DNA of 64,000 nt, from the NCBI GenBank assembly GCA_051971635.1, contig JBFPLN010000003.1:160001-224000 (forward strand). The letters are read 5' to 3'. This DNA comes from Candidatus Atelocyanobacterium thalassae (GTDB lineage Bacteria; Cyanobacteriota; Cyanobacteriia; Cyanobacteriales; Microcystaceae). The notes below the pieces were generated by a model. It did no database searches, was not told where the DNA came from, and was given only the letters and a program-made list of their open reading frames with translations. The position numbers and the translations under genes were made by a program. Positions 56,514-64,000 of this stretch are shown in pieces. Numbering within the stretch: position 1 is the first letter of the stretch; each line of letters opens with the position of its first letter.

Positions 56514-58307
56514 TCATTTTTTTGCTAACTTTTTTGTTTTAACTTTTCGTAAACGAATAGATTCTGGGGTTACCTCTACAAGTTCATCAGGACCAATATA
56601 CTCTAAAGCCCTTTCTAAATTCATATCCACTGGTGTTTGTAGCTGAACCAATTCTTCTCCACCTGAAGCACGGTGGTTAGTCAACTGTTTAGTTTTACAA
56701 ACATTTATTTCTATATCTGGTGGACGATTATGTTCTCCAATAATCATTCCTTTATATACTTTTGTACCGGGTGAAATAAAGAAAACTCCTCTATCTTCTC
56801 CATTTTTCATTGCATAAGAAGTTGATACACCTTCTTCAAAAGAAATCATTACACCGTTATAACGCGTCTCTAAATTACCAGAGATAGGACGGTAGTCTAA
56901 AAAGCTATGATTCATAATTCCATCTCCTCTTGAAAGGCGGATGAAATCTCCACGAAAACCTAGTAGACCTCTCGCAGGTATAATGAATTCAAGCTGCGTT
57001 CGTCCATTAACACCTGTTTCCATGTCTTGCATTTCCCCTTTTCTTTGTCCTAAGCGTTCCATACAAGATCCAACAGCCTCCTCAGGAACATCTAAAATTA
57101 AGTATTCAAAAGGCTCATGAGACCGTCCATCAATCTGTCTATAAATAACTTGGGGTTGAGCAACTTGAAACTCATAACCTTCTCTACGCATTGTTTCAAT
57201 AAGAATACCTAAATGCAATTCTCCTCTTCCTGAAACCAAAAATTTATCAGGAGTATCACCAATGTTTACTTTTAAAGCAACATTAGTTTCTAATTCCCTT
57301 ATTAATCGATCACGTAATTGTCGAGAAGTAACAAACTTACCTTCTTGTCCTGCAAAAGGAGAATCATTAACTGAAAACGTCATCTGTAGAGTAGGTTCAT
57401 CAACTTTGATCAAAGGTAATGGTTGAGGATTTTCAGGACAGGCTAAAGTCTCCCCAATATTGGCATCGGCGAAACCTGCTACAGCTACAATATTACCTGC
57501 AGTACTTTCTTTTAGCTCTACTCTTTGTAATCCTTCAAATCCTAAAAGCTTACTAATTTTTCCTTTAATATGACTACCATCTTCTTTAACTAGTATCGCC
57601 TGTTGTCCAGCAACAATTTTTCCATTATTAATACGACCTATTATGATACGTCCTAGATATTCTGAATAATCTAAAGTGGTAACTTGTATTTGTAAAGGTT
57701 TTTCCACATCTCCGGATGGAGGAGGAACACAGCGTAAAATCGTTTGGAAAAGAGGCTGCATGTCTACAGACTCATCTTCCAAATTTACTTTTGCAAATCC
57801 TGATATACCAGAAGCAAATAAAGTTGTAAAGTCACACTGGTCATCATCACCGCCCAATTCAACAAAGAGATCAAATACTTTATCAACAGCTTGATCTGGT
57901 TCAGCTTGAGGGCGATCAATTTTATTTACAACAACAATAGGACGTAAACCTTTTTCTAGAGCTTTTTTAAGTACGAAACGAGTCTGAGGCATAGGGCCTT
58001 CATTAGCGTCCACAATTAAAATACAACCATCAACCATTCCTAATACTCGTTCAACTTCCCCTCCAAAATCTGCGTGTCCAGGAGTATCAATGATGTTGAT
58101 TAAAGTATCTTCGTAACGGACGGCAGTGTTTTTTGATAAGATTGTAATACCACGTTCCCTTTCTAGAGTATTAGAATCCATCACACAGTCAGGAACTTCT
58201 TCTCCTTCACGGAAGACACCAGACTGTTTAAGAAGAGAGTCAACCAAGGTGGTTTTACCGTGATCGACGTGGGCGATGATAGCAACATTGCGAATGAGGA
58301 GAGACAT
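56514..58307 (-). CDS. typA: Translational GTPase TypA/BipA
   Basis: [43 protein letters not shown]. Confidence 0.98.
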   Translation of the reverse strand: MSLLIRNVAIIAHVDHGKTTLVDSLLKQSGVFREGEEVPDCVMDSNTLERERGITILSKNTAVRYEDTLINIIDTPGHADFGGEVERVLGMVDGCILIVDANEGPMPQTRFVLKKALEKGLRPIVVVNKIDRPQAEPDQAVDKVFDLFVELGGDDDQCDFTTLFASGISGFAKVNLEDESVDMQPLFQTILRCVPPPSGDVEKPLQIQVTTLDYSEYLGRIIIGRINNGKIVAGQQAILVKEDGSHIKGKISKLLGFEGLQRVELKESTAGNIVAVAGFADANIGETLACPENPQPLPLIKVDEPTLQMTFSVNDSPFAGQEGKFVTSRQLRDRLIRELETNVALKVNIGDTPDKFLVSGRGELHLGILIETMRREGYEFQVAQPQVIYRQIDGRSHEPFEYLILDVPEEAVGSCMERLGQRKGEMQDMETGVNGRTQLEFIIPARGLLGFRGDFIRLSRGDGIMNHSFLDYRPISGNLETRYNGVMISFEEGVSTSYAMKNGEDRGVFFISPGTKVYKGMIIGEHNRPPDIEINVCKTKQLTNHRASGGEELVQLQTPVDMNLERALEYIGPDELVEVTPESIRLRKVKTKKLAKK

Positions 58308-58375
58308 AGGATGCAGTAATGAAGGTAGTGTAGTTATACTACTGTTAGTTTCATTATAATTGTAACTTATATTAA

Positions 58376-58426
58376 AAAAGATCTAAAGAAAATATCAATT
58401 TTTATGATGTTTTCTTTAGATCTTTT
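58376..58426 (-). terminator. Long hairpin downstream of ssrA
   Basis: aaaagatctaaagaaaa/ttttctttagatctttt, 17-bp perfect arms plus a near-perfect inner stem. Confidence 0.65.
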
Positions 58427-58521
58427 CTAAATATAATACTGTATGTACTTTACAAAAAATAATTTCCAAAGCAAATCTACTAATACTTAGTAGTTCTACA
58501 CAAATTATTTTGAGACTTCAA

Positions 58522-58906
58522 TGGAGCCGAGCAGAGTCGAACTGCTGTCCAAATTAGTTATTAACTTAAAGCTCATTCACAGGCTTAGCCTTTTTAGTCC
58601 TAAAGGCAGGAATTTACTCTTATACCCGAGTAAAAAGGTTACTCTGATAAATTTTTCTTAATAGTCCATCAGAGGCAACTTATTAAGATTATCCGTTGAG
58701 GGTTGATCTCTTACTTTTAACGGAGTCAAGTATGAGATAAGCGAATTCTATGAAAGAATTTTTAGGCAGCTACTGCCACGCGCTTGAAGCTTACGATGTT
58801 GTTCGCAGTTACTATTTTTTTGAGTCTTTGATTTACGAGAGGAGACTCACTCTCGACCTGCATCACAATTCAGCGTTTGCTAACCTGTCGAAGCCGTTGC
58901 GGCCCC
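58522..58906 (-). ncRNA. ssrA: tmRNA, one-piece; tag ANNIVSFKRVAVAA
   Basis: 5' GGGGCCGCAACGGCTTCGAC; 3' GCAGTTCGACTCTGCTCGGCTCCA with Ala-type G3-U pair; tag frame 58806-58762; CCA not encoded. Confidence 0.96.
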
Positions 58907-58921
58907 TAGATCATATTTGTA

Positions 58922-58950
58922 ATTATAGATATGATCTTAACTTTTTGCAA
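58922..58950 (-). promoter_or_regulatory. Sigma70-type promoter of ssrA
   Basis: TTGCAA (58950-58945), 17-nt spacer, TATAAT (58927-58922), 15 nt upstream of the mature 5' end. Confidence 0.65.
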
Positions 58951-59037
58951 CGTAAAGACTTATTACATAATATAAAATTTATAATGAGCATCGCATTTTC
59001 TGATTTAAGCTGTCTAGATTAATAATTATTGATATTT

Positions 59038-60024
59038 ATGTTCCCTCTTAATCGTCCTCGTCGCTTACGCCGTAATGAAAAATTACGCAGTATGGTTTGT
59101 GAAACAAAATTAACACTAAATGATCTGATTTATCCTTTGTTTGCAGTTCCGGGAAATGATGTTACTAAAGAAGTCAAATCTATGCCTGGTATCTTTCAGT
59201 TATCTATAGATAAAATCGTAGATGAAGCAAAAATAGTGCGTGATCTAGGAATTCCATCAATTATCCTTTTTGGCATCCCAGAACATAAGAATATTCAAGC
59301 CACAGGTGCATGGGATAATCAAGGTATAGTACAAAAGGCCATCACTGCAATTAAAAAAGAAGTCCAAGATTTAATCGTCATTGTTGATACTTGTGTATGC
59401 GAATACACTAGTCACGGTCATTGTGGATATTTAAAAAAAGACGACCTTACTGGAGAAGTTTTAAATGATCCAACTCTACAACTATTAAAAAAGACTGCTG
59501 TTTCTCAAGCACTTGCAGGAGCTGATGTGATTGCACCTTCAGGTATGATGGACGGTTTCGTAAGATCTATTAGAGAAGAGTTAGATAAAGAGGGTTTTAC
59601 TAACATTCCCATTTTATCTTATGCAGCTAAATATGCTTCCGCTTATTATGGACCATTTCGAGATGCTGCAGATTCATCTCCACAGTTTGGTGATCGTCGT
59701 ACTTATCAAATGGATCCTGGTAATGCTAGAGAGGCTTTAAAGGAAGTTATGCTAGATGTTGAAGAAGGAGCAGATATGTTAATGGTCAAACCTGCATTGT
59801 CTTATATGGACATCATTTGGAGAATCAAAGAGATGACAAATCTCCCTATTGCTGCATATAATGTTTCGGGAGAATATTCTATGGTTAAAGCTGCGGCGGC
59901 TAATAACTGGATAGATGAAAAACAGGTAACACTAGAAACCTTAACTAGTTTTAAAAGAGCTGGCGCAGATCTTATCTTGACTTACCATGCAAAAGATGCC
60001 GCTCTTTGGCTACAAGGACAATAA
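59038..60024 (+). CDS. hemB: Porphobilinogen synthase
   Basis: RPRRLR, Zn site [37 protein letters not shown]. Confidence 0.98.
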   Translation: MFPLNRPRRLRRNEKLRSMVCETKLTLNDLIYPLFAVPGNDVTKEVKSMPGIFQLSIDKIVDEAKIVRDLGIPSIILFGIPEHKNIQATGAWDNQGIVQKAITAIKKEVQDLIVIVDTCVCEYTSHGHCGYLKKDDLTGEVLNDPTLQLLKKTAVSQALAGADVIAPSGMMDGFVRSIREELDKEGFTNIPILSYAAKYASAYYGPFRDAADSSPQFGDRRTYQMDPGNAREALKEVMLDVEEGADMLMVKPALSYMDIIWRIKEMTNLPIAAYNVSGEYSMVKAAAANNWIDEKQVTLETLTSFKRAGADLILTYHAKDAALWLQGQ

Positions 60025-60069
60025 AATTTGATAGTCAATGATAAAACCTTATAAAAATTAAAATTTTAT

Positions 60070-60106
60070 GTTTTTGATCTACCATTCTACTCAGCAGATC
60101 AAAAAC
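60070..60106. terminator. Inverted repeat after hemB
   Basis: gtttttgatct-N15-agatcaaaaac. Confidence 0.4.
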
Positions 60107-60246
60107 TTTATTTTTATTATGAATATGATTAAGATATACATATAAGTTAAGTGCCTGTTTTCCCTGAAAATTAATATAACTAATTAAAAAAGCTTACCAA
60201 TGAACATGTGTTTTACAAGATAAAAGCATTTTTAATACAATATATT

Positions 60247-60275
60247 TTGCTAATAAACATATATTGTGCTACTAT
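60247..60275 (+). promoter_or_regulatory. Probable promoter of tRNA-Gly
   Basis: TTGCTA, 17 nt, TACTAT preceded by extended -10 TGn. Confidence 0.45.
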
Positions 60276-60305
60276 ATATTAGGTTTGAAAACATAGAAAC
60301 CTTTC

Positions 60306-60376
60306 GCGGGTGTAGTTTAGTGGTAAAACCTTAGCCTTCCAAGCTAATGATGGGGGTTCGATTCCCCCCACCCGCT
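60306..60376 (+). tRNA. tRNA-Gly(TCC)
   Basis: GCGGGTG acceptor pairs with CACCCGC; anticodon arm TTAGC-CTTCCAA-GCTAA; T-loop GGTTCGATTCC; CCA not encoded. Confidence 0.97.
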
Positions 60377-60438
60377 TTATTAAAATTGAATTATATGGTA
60401 ATAATGTTTTAAGGTCATGAGGTAAATGACGGTTATTT

Positions 60439-61269
60439 ATGTTACTAGGACTTCAATTTCAATCTCCTGGTCCTATAATATTCGAATTAGGATCTTTAAT
60501 TTTAAGATGGTACGGTTTTCTAATTGCTTCTGCAGTTTTGATTGGAATTACATTATCAAAATGGTTAGCAAAATTTCGTCAAATTGATCCAGAGATAATA
60601 AGTGATTTAGCAATCTGGCTAGTAATAGCTGCTATTCCTTGTGCAAGAATTTATTATGTTATATTGCAGTGGCACGTTTATAGACAATATCCAGAAGATA
60701 TAATTGCTGTCTGGAAAGGAGGCATTGCTATTCATGGAGCTATGATTGGAGGAATCTTATCCACTTTGATCTTTGCAAGTTTAAATAAAATTTCTGTCTG
60801 GCAATTAACTGATTTGGTGGTTCCGTCTGTAGCATTAGGGCAATCTATTGGTAGATGGGGAAATTTCTTTAACTCTGAAGCTTTTGGAATACCAACTAAT
60901 TTACCGTGGAAACTATATATTCCTTTAATAAATCGTCCAGCAGAGTATATTTCTTATGAATATTTTCACCCTACTTTTTTATATGAATCTATCTGGGATT
61001 TTTTAGTTTTTATAATTTTATTAAATTTATTCTTTTTTGGATTAAAATATCCAAACTATTTCTATACTGGAACTTTATCGTTGGTATATTTAATAATATA
61101 TAGTTTTGGCAGAACTCTTATAGAGGCCCTCAGAACAGATAGTTTAATTCTAGGACCATTTAGAGCAGCACAGGTTATTAGTTTAATTATGATTATGTCA
61201 GGAATATTTGGACTAGTGTGGTTATATCTTTTAAATAAATCTTTGCCAGATGTAGTCTCTCATAAATAA
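60439..61269 (+). CDS. lgt: Prolipoprotein diacylglyceryl transferase
   Basis: RWYG, GGIAIHG, GRWGNFFNSE, HPTFLYE. Confidence 0.96.
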   Translation: MLLGLQFQSPGPIIFELGSLILRWYGFLIASAVLIGITLSKWLAKFRQIDPEIISDLAIWLVIAAIPCARIYYVILQWHVYRQYPEDIIAVWKGGIAIHGAMIGGILSTLIFASLNKISVWQLTDLVVPSVALGQSIGRWGNFFNSEAFGIPTNLPWKLYIPLINRPAEYISYEYFHPTFLYESIWDFLVFIILLNLFFFGLKYPNYFYTGTLSLVYLIIYSFGRTLIEALRTDSLILGPFRAAQVISLIMIMSGIFGLVWLYLLNKSLPDVVSHK

Positions 61270-61380
61270 GGCCATGATATCAATCTTCCTAGCTTCATTA
61301 TTGTAATGAAATTTAGATTGAATGATGTATTTGGCTTTTAATTTTTTTTTACTAAACGCTTTACATTCATCTCTTACAAT

Positions 61381-63819
61381 ATGAAAACGCTACAATCACT
61401 AACAAAGAACTTAGTAGAACTTATACGAGAAAATTATTCTAAACATTTCGGACAAAAGAAAAAAAACAACTTTGAATCAGAAATCATCTACGAATCAAAT
61501 TGGTTAACCAAGCTACATCAATCAGAATTAATTAAAAAAACTTACCCACCATTAATGTGGGGGGTAACTGTTATATCACTTTCTAGCGTTATAGGATATC
61601 GCTTTTATAATCAACCTCAATTATCTGTAGGAACTATTTCACCCGTAAAAGTCATTGCTCCTAAAAACGGTACTTTTGAAGATAGAAAAACTACTGAAGA
61701 TAAACGAAAAGAAGTCCGTACAGGTGTTATTCCTGTCTTAAAGAGAGATCCAAAGCTGACAAAAGAACTTAAAGGAGAGCTTAAAAAGACTGTTTCTGAA
61801 ATTGAACAGTTACGTAAAAAGATAAATCTTTTCTCTTCTATTGATGTTGTGATTATTCCTCTCGCTACTCAAAAATATTTAAGAAAGGTAAACGAAAGAG
61901 ATTGGCAAATAATTCAGCTAGTAATTATTAATCGCAATTTTCAAAATATACCAAAATCAAAACCTAAAATTAGGCAGGTGATTTCTCAATTGGTTGCCTA
62001 TAGTAAAGCAACTTCCTTAACGTCTCTTAAAAGTCTTTTGGAGAAAATTGAGCAATCTCGACAACTCTACAATCAAACTAAAGCTGAAGTTTCAAACAAT
62101 CAAACATCTTATTTAACATCAGAACTGTTTACGACCTTTTTAAGCCTTGACGACTATACTTGGCAAACTACAGAAAAAATATTGCAAACGACTTTAAATA
62201 GAATTCTTCTTCAAGGACTTCATCCTGGAATTCCTGATTACTTACTAAAAGAAATAATTAGTATCCAACTTGAATCTACTACTTCAGCCGTTCCAAAACC
62301 AGCCATAACTCAGCTTTTAATGAGAATCCTCAAAAGTCAACATAATTTAACAGTAGACAAGGAAGCAACAAAGCAAAGAGTAGAACAGGCTGCTCAAGCG
62401 GTTGAAGCGGTTATAGTAAAAGTTAAAGCAGGAGATATAATTGTAGAAGTAGGAGAGTACATTACTCAAGAGAAATTTGTTCTTCTTGATAGCTTTAGAT
62501 TAAGCCGCAGGGGAATCAATTGGTTTGGATTATCAATTTCTGTACTAATAGTTATAGGTACAGTGGCTATATTTTGTTTAATTAGTCAAAGAATTAATCA
62601 CTCTATACGGCGGAGAGACCATATCTTAATTTGTTTATTAAGTTTAAGTACTCCGCTTCTAGGAATTTTTAATTTAGGTTATACAAATCTTCCGGCTATA
62701 GGATTACTATCTAGTAGTTTTTATGGTCCTACTTTGGCAATAACCCAGGTAGTTTTGTTGAGTGGTCTATCAGCATTCGCAGCGACTAATATTAATTGGA
62801 GTTATATTCTAGCAGGAACTGCAGGCGGTCTGCTAGCTGCTTCTGTAGCTTGGAAACTAAGATCTCGTGATGAGCTAGCCTGCTTAGGTGGAGTGGTTGG
62901 TATAGTACAAGGAAGTCTTTATTTTATTGGTTATCTAATTATAGTTCCAGCAGTAGGAACAATTTGGTCAGTAATTTTGCCTGAATCAATGATTTATGGC
63001 TTATCCGGAATTGCTTGGAGTGTAATGGGCTTAGGAATTTCTCCTTATTTAGAGCGATTATTTGACTTGGTAACACCAATTAGATTGGTAGAGTTGGCTA
63101 ATCCAAATTGTGGATTATTAAAAAGACTAGCAACAGAAACACCAGGGACATTTCAACACACCCTTTTCGTTGCGTGTCTAGCAGAGGCAGCTGCGAGAGA
63201 ATTAGACTGCAATGTTGAATTGATAAGAACTGGAACTTTGTATCATGATATTGGAAAACTACACGATCCCATGGGTTTTATTGAAAACCAAATGGGAGCT
63301 CCTAATAAACATGACTTAATAAATGATCCATGGCAAAGTGTACAAATTATTAAAAAACATGTTAGCGAAGGTTTGGCTATGGCAAATAAATATGGCTTAC
63401 CAAAAGTAATTCGTGATTTCATTCCTGAGCATCAAGGTACACTATTAATATCTTATTTTTATCATCAAGCAGCACAAGAGGCACAAAATAATGGACAAGA
63501 TGAAATTCCTGAAGAAGGATTTAGATATGCTGGTCCTATTCCACAATTACGTGAGACAGGAATTGTTATGTTAGCGGATGGATGTGAGGCTGCATTAAGG
63601 TCCTTAAAAGAAGCAACTCCAGAGATGGCTTTAGTAATGGTTCAAAAAATTTTTAAAGCTCGTTGGCGTGACAATCAGTTAAAAGATAGCGGAATTAAAT
63701 ATGAGGAATTATCTATAATTGCTGAAGTTTTTGTTAAAGTTTGGCAGCAATTCCACCATCAAAGAATTGTTTATCCAAAATCTGCTCTTGAGCCCACAAA
63801 CAACAACAAAGTAAGTTAA
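61381..63819 (+). CDS. 7TM-HDIG phosphohydrolase (PgpH-like)
   Basis: Extracytoplasmic domain, TM bundle, PGTFQH, YHDIGK, FIENQ, MLADGCEAA. Confidence 0.88.
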   Translation: MKTLQSLTKNLVELIRENYSKHFGQKKKNNFESEIIYESNWLTKLHQSELIKKTYPPLMWGVTVISLSSVIGYRFYNQPQLSVGTISPVKVIAPKNGTFEDRKTTEDKRKEVRTGVIPVLKRDPKLTKELKGELKKTVSEIEQLRKKINLFSSIDVVIIPLATQKYLRKVNERDWQIIQLVIINRNFQNIPKSKPKIRQVISQLVAYSKATSLTSLKSLLEKIEQSRQLYNQTKAEVSNNQTSYLTSELFTTFLSLDDYTWQTTEKILQTTLNRILLQGLHPGIPDYLLKEIISIQLESTTSAVPKPAITQLLMRILKSQHNLTVDKEATKQRVEQAAQAVEAVIVKVKAGDIIVEVGEYITQEKFVLLDSFRLSRRGINWFGLSISVLIVIGTVAIFCLISQRINHSIRRRDHILICLLSLSTPLLGIFNLGYTNLPAIGLLSSSFYGPTLAITQVVLLSGLSAFAATNINWSYILAGTAGGLLAASVAWKLRSRDELACLGGVVGIVQGSLYFIGYLIIVPAVGTIWSVILPESMIYGLSGIAWSVMGLGISPYLERLFDLVTPIRLVELANPNCGLLKRLATETPGTFQHTLFVACLAEAAARELDCNVELIRTGTLYHDIGKLHDPMGFIENQMGAPNKHDLINDPWQSVQIIKKHVSEGLAMANKYGLPKVIRDFIPEHQGTLLISYFYHQAAQEAQNNGQDEIPEEGFRYAGPIPQLRETGIVMLADGCEAALRSLKEATPEMALVMVQKIFKARWRDNQLKDSGIKYEELSIIAEVFVKVWQQFHHQRIVYPKSALEPTNNNKVS

Positions 63820-63840
63820 TTTTTAAAAGGAATGTATTAG

Positions 63841-64000
63841 ATGAACTTTGGAAAGTATGTTTTTTCAAAACAAATATTAATTAGTATCTTGTTTCTTACT
63901 TTAAATGCTTGCAATAATAATAGCTTTTTAGAAACAAGATTATTTCCTAAAATTAAGCCGAGTAAAAATATAGAATCTAAATTATTATCTAAACACAAAA
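63841..64000 (+). CDS. Putative lipoprotein, 5' part, runs off the window edge
   Basis: Open frame MNFGKYVFSKQILISILFLTLNACNNNSFLETRLFPK with lipobox LNAC. Confidence 0.55.
   Translation, partial: MNFGKYVFSKQILISILFLTLNACNNNSFLETRLFPKIKPSKNIESKLLSKHK

Noticed and set aside
58308..58521. Integrative element at the tmRNA 3' end (also checked after tRNA-Gly)
   Set aside because: No integrase and no duplicated 3' end; flanks are housekeeping genes.
58750..59022. 90-aa ORF
   Set aside because: Antisense to tmRNA and its promoter; no protein features.

Overview
AT-rich chromosomal window from a unicellular cyanobacterium of the Cyanothece/Crocosphaera type. It shows signs of genome reduction: gene-sized AT-rich spacers, one clear pseudogene, no mobile elements and no HIP1 octamer seen by eye. 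By inference it best fits a reduced N2-fixing endosymbiont such as UCYN-A (Ca. Atelocyanobacterium) or a rhopalodiacean spheroid body; no nif genes are in the window to confirm this. It holds about 50 housekeeping or conserved CDSs (cobA fragment, CbiX/SirB chelatase, recF, carA, cdsA, rpe, futC, aas, coaE, nagZ, rbfA, thiS/thiE, tal, scpA, cugP, sqdB, mnmG, PBP1A, split-intein dnaE-N, sds, murI, nhaS3, glk, proB, petE, typA, hemB, lgt, 7TM-HD hydrolase), tmRNA and tRNA-Gly(TCC). Highlights not in the ORF track: (1) a glutaredoxin-like CxxC pseudogene with two nonsense codons (9879-10130); (2) a two-gene envelope locus of a lipoprotein with a recent 3x93-bp in-frame repeat and an apparently highly expressed secreted orphan ending in a Pro-rich PEPVPGMW tail, followed by a perfect 33-bp-arm palindrome; (3) several terminators expanded into long perfect inverted repeats; (4) an operon of two GT-C glycosyltransferases and a CPBP protease; (5) a DnaE split-intein N-half with fast-splicing residues. 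No CRISPR, IS, prophage or defence system was found.
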